Assembly (NCBI RefSeq): GCF_037042905.1
Contig: NC_087250.1
Location: 14,820,001 to 14,884,000, forward strand
Reading direction: 5' to 3'
Source of the DNA: Lytechinus pictus
Taxonomy: Eukaryota
Length of the DNA stretch: 64,000 bases
In this document: piece after piece, positions 13,101 through 28,100 of the stretch
How positions within the stretch are numbered: the stretch's first letter is position 1
Layout of the letters: each line of letters begins with the position of its first letter
The notes under the pieces: model-generated
The model's database searches: none
What the model was told of the DNA's origin: nothing
Seen by the model: only the letters and a program-made list of their open reading frames with translations
Translations under genes and position numbers: made by a program

Positions 13101-16100
13101 ATACCAACAATTTTGTGAACTCACCCCTTGTTTTCTTTACATCTGGTTCCACAGCGACATTCTCTCCTGACTTCTTGGGCTCCAACTCCTCCTCCTCATC
13201 ATCACTAGCCAAGAGAGTTGATGGAAGGAACTGACGGAGTACCTCAGTATAGTTTATTGTCTCCTCTTCTTCTTTTTTCTTTACTGTAGTATTACGGACC
13301 TGTTATAAAAATATTGGTTTTATACCATATAATGAAGTTTCATCATAATATTATGGAGTACCTCAGTATAGTTTATTATCTCCTCCTCTCTTTTTCTTTA
13401 CTGTATTATTACTTACCTGTTTAGTGGTTTTCACTCATGTAATGAAGTTTCATCATAATCTTATGGAGTACCTTGTATAGTTTATTGCCTTCTCTCCTTC
13501 TTTTCTTTAATGTAGTGTTACCTGCTATAAAAGTGGTTATTTAAAGTATAATGAAGTTTCATCATAATCTTATGGACAACCTCAGTATAGTTTATTATCT
13601 CCTCTTTGTCTTTTTTTAATGTAGTATTATTTACCTACCTATTATGATGGAGGATAATTCAATATATGACTAAATAATGTGAAGTCACTATGAACTGAAA
13701 GGGTTTCTCAGTATAAGAAACTGATGCCTCTTCTCCTTTAATACAAGATTGTGATATGCACTAGTAAATTAGAGCTTGCTCTATTTAAGATTGGAAGTTG
13801 TAACAGAAAATGGACAAAACAAGAAATCAGAAGGTATTTCAATCGAGCGTAGGTTACTATCTTTCTTCTTGCTTCTGTTCTATTTAGATATTTTTTTATC
13901 TGGTTGTGATAAACTTATGCAACTGTACACATCAATAACAAAGATTTATTGCAATGGATATGATGTAGTCCCCCAGGGAAGCTTCTCATCCCCTCTCATT
14001 TTTAAGCCCTGTTTAAATATGTGCTGCAAAAAAATAGCAGTAATATCCATCAGTGCAAAGTTTAAATGCTATACAAAATACCAACCAGTCAATTGTTCAC
14101 TTCTTATTCTAGCCAAGGTAAAATTTTAATACAAATATAGAAAACTATACTGGAAAGTAATAAGGTAACTTCTTATTCCTTACCCGAGCTGAGCGTCGTT
14201 TCCCAGGGGCTGGCATATCCCGTAACATTTTCTTCCTCTTGTGTCCTCTCCGGCTCTTTTCTGATTTGGCATCCTCAACGTCCATAGACATTTCATCTAG
14301 TTTTGGGAGGAATAGAGATTCAGTGGTGATACAAAAAGTTAAAAAATAAAGCAAATAATGCACATAGCTACTCGATGGCTTTTCTCTTCCAATCCTCTAA
14401 ATATATGCATCAACAACACAATCAGGAAAGCGGTTGTACAATCCTGTTTTTGGCAGGAATCCAACTCAGTGCCTTTTCCCTTGTTTGGGAGGAACAGAGA
14501 TTCAGTGGTGATACAATATATGTTATAAAAACAAGTCTTTATGAAATGGAACCAGTACTCACCATCATGTTGCAGCTTTGATTTGTCCTGAGAAGACTCG
14601 CACAGGGTAGACTCCCTACCAGACTGTTGAATGCTATCCTGGCTGCTCCCTGCTGTACTGTCTGCCTGCAGTTCAATGTTTGGCAGGTCTGAAGTGGCTG
14701 GGGTGGAGTCTAGCCCTGCAGTGGTGCTATCAGGAGGTTCCTGCCCTCTTTCCATCTTTAAAATACATAAGAAAAAAATTAGGAGAGCATCAGATTTAAT
14801 CCTCTATCATCATTGCACACATTGCCAACTCTAATTATCATTGTACTTCTTGAAATGGCATGAGCAATTTAAAATGTTCATTACATTCCTTCTGTCTCTT
14901 ACCGTTTATTATACACAAAGTCAATTGATATTAACATCAATGTAGGAAAACTATAATACCATATTACCCAGACTATGCTGAAAAGCAGGGAACCCTCGTT
15001 TTGTCAGATAAGATACATTCCTGTTATTGGGCAGTAGAAGCAGCTTTCTTGTTTTGTTTTCTAACGTGTGAATCAATGATAAAGTTCTGAATATTACTTT
15101 TCTTTTAACCCTATCTAGGCCGGGGGGGGGGGGGGGGGGGGGGGCCTTGGAGGCCCCCCTCAACGTTTTGCGCAATATTTTCACCGCATGAATTTTTTTG
15201 ACCGCACCGCTCGCAGTCTTGCGCAACTTTTGAGACCAATTTTGCGTCACCCAGGTACGTGGTTCCGGAATTACGCAACATTATGTAAGTGCATGTCAGA
15301 CCCAAAATTGCTCAAAAACGTGATTTTGTGTTCAAAGTCAATGCAAATTGTGTTTTCAACCAAAAATCACAAATGTATGATTATTTTTAGTTTTGCTGGT
15401 CTAAATTGATATTTTCTATGCTTTTTATGATCTCAGAAGAGTCCCCAACAAATTTCATTGAAAAAACAATGAAAAACAAAAGGTAAAAAACATGGAAATA
15501 CGTAAGAAATTGCAAAAAACAATATAATACATAAGAAAATGATTTGATATCTCAATTTGGTTCATGTAAAATACCCCGGCCTAGATAGGGTTAAGTATCT
15601 CAAAACCATCTGATTAATTTCCCCTTATTGAATGGAAATTGCTTTGCAACCCAGACTGTATATCTAACTTATTTCCGCAGCTAAATAATACATTTTTCAT
15701 CATCATCCATTAAAGTACATTCCACCAGGTTGGTGTATAATCGTACTTGTAGAATTGTGCAGGAGTATGTACAGTGCTGTGGAAGATCTATTCTACATGC
15801 GGTTAAAAAGAATCCTTAGCGCAATTGGATTTTCTGCACCTCGGCCTTGTGAAGCTGGCTACTGAGTGCAGTTAACTGTAATGGTAGGGAGAACATTCTA
15901 CAGTCAAATGGTATCAGGAATAAAAGTTGCCTGATTAGTAACGGTGCGAGCATGTGGGACGTGTAATCTCATCTGATGGGTGGGTAGATAACTTTGGGCC
16001 ATGTGACAAAACTATGTGCTTGATCTTAAATCTGATTTACGAGCAATAAAGCATAGAAATCAACTGCACAATTAATTGCCAAGGTTTGTGTTACTGGGGG

Positions 16101-19100
16101 CCGTTTCATAAAGATGTTCGTAAGATAAGAGTGACTTTACGAATGCCTGGTGATCCTTTATTGTGGTAAAATTATATCCACCATTAAATGTTCATTGGTG
16201 ATTATTCAGCGCATAAGAAAGGTTCACCACTCGTTCTTAAAGTCGCTTTTAACTTACGAACAGCTTTATGAAACACCCACCTGGTATTCGATATCAAAAA
16301 GAATTCTTTTATTGACATTCAGGCAAAACAATAACAGCAAGGAATTCCTTGCTACTGGGTACTCAATTTGTACACTTGGATGGAGAGCAGTAAATGCAGA
16401 TAAAGGCCTTGCCAAAGGAAGCAAGTGCGCAGTGGGATTCCAACCCTGGACCTTGTGGTTCAAAGTCCGAAAACTTATCCACTAAGCCTCAAAACCTCTA
16501 CAAGTGTTTTGGTTGCGGATTGAAAAAAAATGGATCAGCCAATTCGGTGGATTCACAATACAGTGCGCCATCTATCAGTTGGCAGCGGATAGGCGAATTT
16601 CTAACTTTTTGGTCGACATCACGCGCTGGCCAGGCGCAGCGAGCGTATTTTGCTGGTGTAAAGATGCTTCAAAAATGAAAACCATATGATAAGCGGATGA
16701 AGAATTCACAGTAAACTGTCTAAATTTCCAAAAGAAATCTGCAGCAAATTTCTCTCCCACCTCCTAGACCATGGTAAACAGCATAATTTTATGCAAACCG
16801 GTCAAGCCGCGTCGGTCAGCACAGCATAATGCACTAGCGCGCTCAGCAGATCTTGACTCTTTCCCATGAGGCATTGCGAATTTTGGCCTGTCCGCAGCAA
16901 CCGATAGGTGGCGCACCATATTGTGAATCCACCAAATTACATAGGGTCGGTCAGTTGAGTACAACCAAACAATTTAGGGAGGGGGCCTTACTTCTGTGGC
17001 TGATGGAACTGTGGCATCCTGTCTGGATCCTCCATCCAGGCTCTTCAGATAGGCTTCTGCAATCTGCTTCAGGGTCCTGGCAGAGTTTCCTATAGTTCCC
17101 ATTAGTTTTGGTGAACCATCATCTTCTACTTTAGTCTTGCTCTCATCAGGGTTGATTTTTGTCTCTGACACAGTTTCTACATCCACATACTCTTCAGAAT
17201 CTAATGTAAAACACAGAAATGCAAGTAAGAATAATAATTTGATGGCAGTGAAGGAGGCAAGGGACAGGTTGAGAGATAGAAACAGAGCTGCCAACCTTTA
17301 AAGTAAAAGGTAGTACTCCAGAAGCTCAAAAGTCATAATTTTGACAAAAAAGTCATGATTTCATGTGCCACGCAGTATCAATTTTTTTTTAAAGAGCTAT
17401 CAAAAATATAAAGAACAGATTCCTCATAAAGAAATGAATGCTCTCTCTTTTAAGGCTCAGATTCGGAATCATCTCTGGTACTCTCTCTTTTGCATAAATC
17501 CAAGAGGAAAAAACAAGATCGAGTCAGTATGTGATAACATTAAGAGGGATGTAAATAAAGATACATGATCATTCAAATAATGAGTATCATTGGCCACCAC
17601 TGCCTAAGATATTACTACATGTATATAGTATTAAATGTTAACATACTTGTTTGCCCTCAAAAGAGTAATAATTAAGCTCAAAGCATGATGGCATAATTTG
17701 ACATGAAAGTCATAATAATTATGACTTTTCTTAATAGTTGGCAGCTCTGTAGATAGGTACACGTACATGTATACTGCATGTAGGCCGAAAGAAGAGTTTA
17801 AATGGGTGGGGAGTGGAAGTAAACAGTGCTTACACTAACTCACCTGGGGGGCATGGCTTTTTTGGCCCCATCTCGAGAGATGCCAATGGGGAAGCCGTTC
17901 AGGGAATCCCAGCATTGCACCAGTCAGCCAGGGAAAATGTTAAGTACTTATATGTAAATCCCGGGGCCTCGTCTAACAAAGAGTTACGATTGATCCAATC
18001 AATCGTAACTCTTTGTAATACGGGGCCCTGGTGTGCAGCTGAGGATCCAATGGACATTGCTATACAAGATCTTGTGTATTCATACCATTTATATTGGGCT
18101 TATAAATATGCCTTTAAGGGGGGGTGTGAAGACCATTTCGAACATAATAAATAAATATAGTTTACAGTTCGGGGAGTTGCATAAGCTAAGGCATGTGAAT
18201 ATCAGTTTTTAACATTATTCAAATTTAGTGTTGGTAGAGTTGTTGTAGAGAAAGAAAAGAGGAAAAGAAAGAGAAAGAGAAGATGAAAAGTAAGAGGAAT
18301 GAAACGATAAGATCATGGAAGCATGTCATGAAACAAGCTACTGTGACAGGCTACTGAAATCCTTGCATCTGATTGGCTGAAGGCAACTTAGTTAGTGAAT
18401 ATCGCTGACAAGATGAAACATCCCCGCACCTTTTTGTTTTGATTCTTCTGCTTCAGGCATGGGTTCATCTCTCTGCCCTGGGGTCTGCTCTCCCATGTGC
18501 CCTGGGGTCTCTGTGGGTATTTGACTGTTCTCCATGTCCCCTCCTATTCCGCTTGAGATCGGGGATGTTCCAGCCGCCTTCTGGTTGGATGGATCTACAT
18601 CCATTGGAACGGGAGACGACTCCATCTCAGCGCTCGTTTGTGAGACATCTTTTGGTACTGTGGATTTTCAAATTGAAACCTCAATTGCGGAATTCTGAAC
18701 TTAGGTTTAATTCAAAATCGGGGGGGGGGGGGGGGGTTCACAAAGATTTAAGTATGACTTAGAGGCGCATTTAAATGCCAACGCATATATGATATGCAAC
18801 GCGCAATCTTATTGACTGATACGCAGTAGTGCATGTCCGCTTTGCATGATCTGACCAATGTGGTCATGCCTCTTACAATGCATGCAACTAGGCATTGAAG
18901 TGTGACTCTACGTCATACTTAAAAAATCTTTGTGAAACACCCCCTGGTCTGAAGTTGTGGTTTAACTATGGAGAGCCAATCATGACACAAACCCCTAACT
19001 GAAGGGGTTTGATTTATGACTTCATCTTTCACTAAGATCATTTGCATCTCTTTGAGAATAACGACTAATAATATTGCATTTATAGAGCACTTAATATGAA

Positions 19101-22100
19101 GATCTCTAAGTGCTTTACATCAATTAGAAGAATTGTTGAATTACAATTATTTTACATTTTACATTATTAAGATAACATTAAATATACATTACATGGCATA
19201 TCAGTATAATACTATTGAATTAAATTACACTACATTATTAAACTACATCAATTACAATAATGAAAAGTACAACAGTGAGAATAGATAGGTTTTATAAGAT
19301 AGTATTAGTTTTCTTCTCCATTGTATATAGCATGATGAAAGAGAACAGTGAACTGATGAACCTAATATTAACAAAATTTTGGCTTCTCATAATTTTAACA
19401 CAGAGTTAGACAAAGGCATATAAGTTAACCCTATATAGCCAAGGCTATTTTGAGGTGGTGCTGTTTTTGCTGCCCCCTCCCCCACCCCCCTCAGGGGCCT
19501 GTTTCATAAAGGACTTGCAACTGTTGTACCTTTGCCATTATGGCAACTACCATGGCAACAGGGCTTGGCAGCCAATCATAATCAAGGTTACCATGGTAGC
19601 TGCCATAAATGGCAAAGTTACAACAGCTGCAATTCCTTTATGAAACGGGCCCTAGATCTTGACCGTTGATCATGCGACTGCGACGGAAATTGGCACGCAT
19701 GTCACCCATGACGCAAATTGATTGTCTATTGTACTAAAATTCCTCAATTTTCAATTAATTAATTATGCTAATTAATGCATAAAATCATAATTTGACTATA
19801 AATCCTTAAATATAGCCCCAAAACTGCTTGAGTTTGGTCTGGACACTCTTTATTACCAAATATATATTTAAAAATGGCAATATCAATTTTTACTTTTATT
19901 TTAGTTTTATTCATTTTCATCTTACTGTACATACCTGGTTCTTTAGACTTGTAATCCTCCATATCAATGATAGTGACAAGACTCTGTAAAGTCAACAAAA
20001 ATACTAATGTCAACAACACCGAAATAATAATGAATAATACTATTGTATTATGAATGAATTTCTAGTACACTTTTTTCATCACACGTAACTGCCCCCTTGA
20101 CTGGTGAGGACTTCTGCAGTGACATGGGTCATCAGTAGAGGGGGGGGGGTAATAAAGTATCCACCTTACTAGGAGCTCAAGGCACTCCTACATGTACATT
20201 ACCCCGGCTAAGCTAGTCTACCAATTCCGTTGCGCACAGCTTTTTGAGGAATTACTTCCTGCCGGTACCCATTTACCTCACCTGGGTTGAGTGCAGCACA
20301 ATGTGGGTAAATTTCTTGCTAAAGCAAAACACGCCATGGCTGGGAATCGAAACCACGTCCTTCAGATTGAAAAACGACAGTCTGGGTCACTAGACCACGA
20401 TGCCCCCACACGGCTTGTGTCATAACATCAGGTTGTCGCATCGGTTCAGGCAACCGCGTATACCCGCCCATTCCAGAAAGCCCCCCCCCCCTAAAAAAAA
20501 ATTCCAGAGGCTCTTTAATCACATATACATGTAACTTTACCCATTTTGCCTATAATCTAGGTAGAAGATGACAGTTTTTTTTGTAATGACAGACCAACAA
20601 TCCTAGTCAATAAAAAAAAAGAGAAATACTACAAGACCAGAGTGTATACACAGTGACTTCAGCATCAGACACAATGCTGACGTTTCGCGTTAGCCGCGTC
20701 AGATAAGACTCGTAAAGCCTCTACCTAGATAAAATTTCAATTTCAATTTCAATTTATTCAACCATAGTCAGATAAGACTCATAAAGCCTCTACCTAGATA
20801 AAATTTCAATTTCAATTTCAATTTATTCAACCATAAAAATATCAATATAAAAATCATACTGTGTTCATAATTATGCAATAGATAACACAAAATGTGGCTA
20901 GGAACCATAAAAAAGCAAACTACTCGTAGAGAATGGCCCAAAAAGACAATAGTATTAAGGCTACTCAACCGATGAATCATGATTCTTTATACGCTTAAAG
21001 GAGATATGGTAATCAGCAGCTTGGTGTAACTGAGCAAAGACTTACCATTGGTGGATCCTTTGAAGTCATGTGATCATAAAGGGCAATTAGTCTTTCTCCA
21101 AGAGGCTTCCACCTGGGTTGATAGAAAATCAATTCAATTCATTTATGAATTAATAAAATAAAAATAATTAAGAGAAAAAACAATTCATAACTTTACAAAA
21201 TAGATCTAAAAGTTTATATTTTCACCAGTTTTAACATTATTGTAACATCATAAATTATCAAATCTGGTAAGTAGCAGCAGTAGTAGTAGCAGCAGTAGCA
21301 GCCGCAGCAGTAGTAGTAGTAATACTAGTATGAGTAGTAGTAGTAGTAGTAGTTGACTTTGTAGCAGTAGTAGTACTAGTAGTCGCAGTCGTGGTAATAG
21401 TGGTATTGGAAAGAGTAGTAGTGTAAACAAAATAATGCAAAATCTTACCTAAGTTCTGTCAAGGGTTGAAGGAACTTGATTCGAGGTAAAGGTGGAGGTT
21501 TGGCAAGCTCTTGTCTCGTGTGCCTCAGGGCCAATGCATCATCTACTATCTGTGATATAGAATAAATATAGATATAAAAAACTAAAATATAAATCATACA
21601 TATATATTTGTTGTTTCTTGAATCATCAACCAGATATACATGTAGTCCAAACAAATATGATACATGTAGACTGAATACTCTGTTATTATTATTATTTTTT
21701 CAACTTAGACAAGTGGACAAATGACCCCCCCTTTAAAGCCCGAATTCACAAAGGCAGTTTTGAAAACCATCAGTTGAACCCATGGTTTATGCAGATTTAT
21801 GCTCATTAACCGCATTTAATGTCCAATGCTAATGCGCGCTTTTGTCACAGTGCACCAACTTGACGCCTATTGCCAAGGTTATGTATGCTATTTTATTCAT
21901 GAGTCCACTGTTTGAAGAGTGGACTTGTTAATTCAATAGCATGGATAACCACAGCAAAAGGCGTCAATTTGGCACACTGACAAAAGCGCGCATCAGCATT
22001 GGACATTTTTTTTAATATATGCGGTAGATAAGCGTACATGTAATTCATACAGGAAATATGCATAAATCTTTGTGAATTCGGCCCTATGAGTACATGTACA

Positions 22101-25100
22101 AGTTCATTTTATCAGCTCATTTTAGTTTCAAATCATTCATTACTGTCAGAAAATATGAAGTAATGTTTTTCTCTTCTTCACTGTTAAAGCATGGGAAAGA
22201 GAAAAACAAACATTCTAAACACACTTTGATATTTTCAGCTTCCCATCACTTTGGCACTAGGTTAGACCATGGTCTAAATTAAACGTAAAAGAAAGTAGTT
22301 GCAGCAAACAATTATTTTGTGAGCAAGTCTTTTAAATCAAGGTCAAAAGTCAAAATATTATCATACATCTAGATCTGGTACATTAGTGTAAACTTATATT
22401 TGTAAAATCATGAAATCCTAGCTCAAAATTGATAATTCTGATGTTCACTATCACAGATAAGCCTATGTGGGACAGTGTATTAATATTGCTTCGAAAATAC
22501 CCAACATTTGATGGAATTCCGAGCTTATTTTGCTCATTTCTCAGCAATTACACTATTTCTTCCAGAGCTATTTGGCACATGTTTTTTTTATTTGTACATG
22601 GGAACACTTTGGTCATTTTATAGGATTCTGTTTGAACTCATTGAGATCGTTACCACAACTGGCATTTATCTTTAAACCAGATTTAAGAATATGGCTATAA
22701 AGTTTAAATATGCAATCTTCATACCTTTTTTCGCTTATCTTTGGGTACTTCATGGTAAAAGACATCATCATCGCTATGAAAAAAAAAGAGGAAACAAATT
22801 CTGCATGAAAATTTGAGCTACTGTACTATTCTCTTTTAATAGCTAGCCTGGCTCACACCGTAGCATTCTGGGCATTCAGCTGCATATTGCCCGGACGCTG
22901 ACAATCGCAGCCTCTGGTTTTAAAATCATGGTTAGATGTTATCACACCATCATACATACAGATTGAGACAATTTTGTTCTAAACATAGAAATCAAATGCT
23001 GTAAAATACGGAATCTCCAATGAAAATCTCAGATAAACGTCGCTAACACAGATAAGTATACATTAGGTCGGTGACACAAAGCTTAGCAATCATTGCACAA
23101 CATCTTTTTACAATTTATTGCATTGACTTCAATGTACAATTAATCATGAAAATCAAGCGTACGATTAATCACTAACCTTTGTGTTAAGGGACCATGATCA
23201 TGTAAGACGCATCATCCCAAATGGATTTATAAACAAAATTGCTCAGAGTAGATGATACATTAAGATGCTGATGTACTGTACAATCCAACCAGGGCCCCAA
23301 AGATATCGAGTGATCCAATCAACCTTAAATATATGGAAATCCATCAATGTCATGATTTTTTCTATATGAAACTTGCAAAATGTCCTTTGTAAGCAAGGAA
23401 AAGCAAACTGAATGTCCAAGAAAATGATAAATGAATGAATAAACATATCTAGAAAATATTTTGAAAAAAACATGCATTTTAGATGTTGACGTTGCTGGCT
23501 TTCCATAGTTGTGGTTGATGGGATCAATCGCAATTCTTTGTGAGACATGGCCCAGACCTAACAAAGCATTTACGTTACTTCGAACAGCATGGTGTGACTT
23601 TAGCACATGGCTGGCTTTAAAACCCCAAATTCACAAAGTTGGTTTTAAAAACCATCGGTTGAACCCATGGTTTATGCAGATTTCCTGTATAAATTACGCT
23701 TATTTACCCTGTATATTAGAACAAGTGGAACGCCTCTGGCAGTCTCGCCTGCATTACGCAATTTAATATAGCAGCAGTGCTAACTTTGAAAACTACTATA
23801 AAATAATCATTCACAAAAACACCATTCATATAATGACATAATACCACGTTCATTGACCATAGATGACATTTGAATGGTGACGTAAGACTTGTCAAATACA
23901 CCCATGTCCACATTTCATTCACTCTATCCAAAAACTTTCAAAGTTATGATGGCAATTCAACAATTACCCCAACATGGCCTAAGTTTATTGACCTTAACTG
24001 ACCTTTGACCCTGGTTTTGTGACCTGATTTGATTTTGATGTTGACGCCGCCGTCGGAAAAGCGGTGCCTATAGTCTCGCTCTGCTATGCAGGCGAGACAA
24101 AAATGTCCAATGCTTATGCGAACTTTTGTCAGAGTGCGCCAAATTGGCGCCTGTGGCCATGATTAATTACGCTATTTTATTCATGAGTCTGACACTGTTT
24201 TTAATTAATGAGTTCACTCTTCAAACAGTGGGCTCATGAATAAAATAGCGTACTTAACCATGGCAACAAGGGTCAATTTGGCGCACCCTGACAAAAGTGT
24301 GCATCAGCATTGGACATATTTTTAATATACGCGGTAGAGACGTAATTTATACAGTAAATCTGCATAAACCATGGATTCAACTGGTCAAAAGGTTTCTTAC
24401 CAGTGTTTAAACAGATCTAAGCAATCTCTTCTGAGACAAGGCTGCTCGGAGTAAATCTGATCTCTAAGGGCTAAACCTACATAAACAAAACAACAAAGAA
24501 AAATAAGCACCATCAGTGAGCCGTTAAAACCTCATATCTAAACATCTACAGTTCTTTGATAGTACAGCTTAGGATCAATTTTATACTTCAGACATATGAA
24601 GCAACCTTCTTTTAGTAAGAACGAGTTATCTGCAGAAATTATGAGACTGCTTTAAGGGTGACACGACATATGCTCCTGCGACATTTGCTCAAATTCAAAT
24701 ATATCAGAGGGCATAGGGTTTACTTAGAGTTAGGATTGTACTAGGGTTCTTGATGTCATGGAACTGTTTTAAGACAATCAACTTTGCCACTATTGCCTCA
24801 TTTCTAAAATACAATCTTGACAGACAGTCCTCAGACTTTGAACACCTTGATGTATCTAAAAGCCCACCAACATCAATAATATTGCATTTCTTATTCCATG
24901 TATTGTTGTTAAAAGTTCACTTATTTATTTATTTTGTTTTATTTATACAGGGTAGCCTCATCAGTAGTCATGTACTGTTTTCAAGGGGGCCCTGTAAACA
25001 AATATTTACAATATAACAGACAAGCAAATTACGTAAGGAAAAAAACAAACAGAACATGCAAAATAATCAGAAGAGAATACAAGGAAAAAAGATGATGGTA

Positions 25101-28100
25101 CATGAGTACAATGTAGGGAAGTAACGTTAATTCATCTAGATTTCAATCAGCATTACAATACAGGAAAAATACCCCCCCCTCCCCCTACATTTCAATTATT
25201 CAAATTCAGGTAAATCAATGTGATTGCTACTCAATGTGAGTAGCATACGATCTACGAAATTAACAAGAGAAACTCATAAAAGCCTATATCTCTGCTTCAC
25301 ATACTGATTTCTGCATGTTGCAGCTTGATTTGAAAAAAATAAATCTTGGTTCCAGATCTTTAATTAGATATGAGTGGAATACCCTGGGACTGGAAACTCA
25401 TGCCAAATCATCACTGACACTCGTTTACTTGTATTAATAATGATAATAATGATTACAATAATAATAATAATAATAACAATAACAATGATAATTTCTGGCT
25501 GTTCTAGGAGTCGAGGTGTCCTTTGAAACGATACAGGAGGCAAGCTTGCTTGGAACAGCTCATATCCTATGGAAGGTCTTGAATTAGAAAGAGAAGTGAA
25601 CAATGAGAAGAGGACCCATTTGATAGAATATAGAACAATAACCCCAGATTTCTGGAAGAAGTCCGGTTGCTGTTTAATACACCAACAGAACATCAAGTTG
25701 TGGACAAGGGAAATAATAATAATAATAAGAATAATTATGATAATGATAATAATACTAATAGTTTTTATTTACCCACGTTAGCCACTTCAGCTCTTATGAA
25801 CTGTTCTCCCAGCGGGCCCTGAATAACATAACGTTATTATTACCCTTCTCTATTCTGCAACGTCAAGCACCTGACAAGGCAGAAGGACCAATTTTTAAGT
25901 CTTTGGTATGACTTGGCCGGTGTTTGAACCTATGACCTTCCATTCATGATGCAGACACTCTCTACCAGTGATCTGCTAATGCAAAGTTTCATGAAATGAT
26001 TCTTTTCTTATACCTATACTTTAAAAGGTGTGACATTACAAATACGTTACACTGGTTAAAGTTTGATGACAATAAACCCATCTGACTTACTCGCATTTTT
26101 TTTCTGGTGAACAAATATTCTCACAATGTTACTATGTGTCTTGATAAGAACAAGATACTTGCCTTTTGTGTAACGTTTGTCTCTTTCCAGGGCTTGTGCG
26201 ATGTAGTACAGGCAAGCTGGAAAGGAAATAAGATATATAAACACATGCATGAGAAACAAGAAGTACAATAAGAAAGACAAGAACACAAATAAAAAATAGC
26301 ATGAGCCACAAGTGATAATTAATTAAAGAAAAATGAATCCTAAAGGATGGCATGAAAACAGATTAATCAGTAGAAAAAGATTAAGATCCCATGAAAACTG
26401 GAATGTTTAAAGGAGAATGAAACTCTTGGAGCAAGTTAGCTTTTGTGAAAGCAGAAAAATCAAAGAATAAGATCAACAAAAGTTTGAGTAAAATAGGACT
26501 AGCAATAGAAGAGTTATGAGCATTTGAATGTTGAGATCACTAATGCTATGAAGATCCTCCAATTGGCAATGCGACCAAGATCTATGATGTCACAGATGAA
26601 CAACTCTCCCCTTTTGGACACTGAAAACATACCCCAAAACATCTCTTTTTGCTCATTCTAATCATATGACAAACGATTCATCAATGATATAATGTTGTGA
26701 AACCTCTGTACTTGTCCTCTCATAAAGAGAACACCTCACCTTGTGATAGACTCTATAAAAGTGAGAATATAAGTGAAATAAGTACTAAAGTAGTGAGGGA
26801 GTTGTACATGTGTGACATCACAGATCTTGGTCGCATTGCCAATGGGAGGAACTACATGGCATTAGCGATCTCAATATTCAAATGCTCATAACTTTCTTAT
26901 TATACATTCAATCTTCCTCAAACTTTCAACAATATGTTTCTTTGATTTTTCTCTTTGATATGGATTCAGCTGGTTTCATTCTCCTTTAAGTGAGGTTTGT
27001 AAGAACTGTCCTCTGGCAAGGGACTCTTCACCCAGATGTTATAATGGATGCGGACATCAATGTGATTACAATGGCATGATTGCACTGATAATAACAGTTG
27101 CCCGGCCAGGATGCTCCCCAGGGGATGGAGATGGTGCACATTATGGCCCGCATTCTGAAGTCAGGTTTAACTTAGACCACGGTCTAACTCTGTGCTAAAA
27201 TTATGGGAAGCCAAACGTTTGAAAATTTTGTTTACTGTGAATGCTTCTCATGTTTACTGTGCTCTTTACTAATTCTTTAATGGTGAAGACAACTGTCATA
27301 CTTACTCTTCCCAGGCAGTTGATAATGTTTTGGGAGTCAAATGAGCTGATACATTGAACCTCTACTGTTTATGTAACAATTGGCTATCCATACTTAAACC
27401 ACAACTTTAAACCTGAGTTTAAGTTAAACCCGACTTCAGAATACGGGCCTATGTGTGGAACAGTGATGTTTCCCCATGACAGGGTAATAATAATTACAAG
27501 AGCTTAGAAACACAAAGTATGAAGTGCTATATCATCATTATTCTGATATAGAAAAACTTTGTGGCGTTACTCATTGCATTAACTTAGACCTTGAGTCTTT
27601 GACTAAGATATGGTGTTATGTACACTGGTTAATTAATCTCCTAAGATAATAATAATAATAATAATAATAATGATAATGTCCTTTGAAACGATACAGAAGG
27701 CGAGCTTGCTTGGAACAGCTCATATCTTACGGAAGGTCTTGAATTAGAAAGAGAAGTGAACAATGAGAAGAGGACCCATTTGATAGAATATAGAACAATA
27801 ACCCTAGATTTCTGGAAGAAGTCCGGTTGCTGTTTAATATACCAACAGAACATCAAGTTGTGAACAATGGAAATGATAATGATAATAATTGTAATAATAA
27901 TAATGATATAATGATGATAATAATAATAACAATAAAAATAATAATATACTGATTTGTATAGTGCAGAAACTATGTGCATATATTCTTCTGCTCTGTAATC
28001 AAGAGCTACTGGAATGCTTGAAGAAATAAGTTTAGAAAAAGGAAAGAAGGAAAAAATTCATGGAAAAGATAGGTTTTTAAGTCTAAGTTAACGCAAATGA

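Noticed and set aside
13139..13141. Donor GAT|gtaaag for the exon starting at 13299
   Set aside because: It gives phase 0, but the next exon needs phase 1, which gtgagt at 13124 provides.
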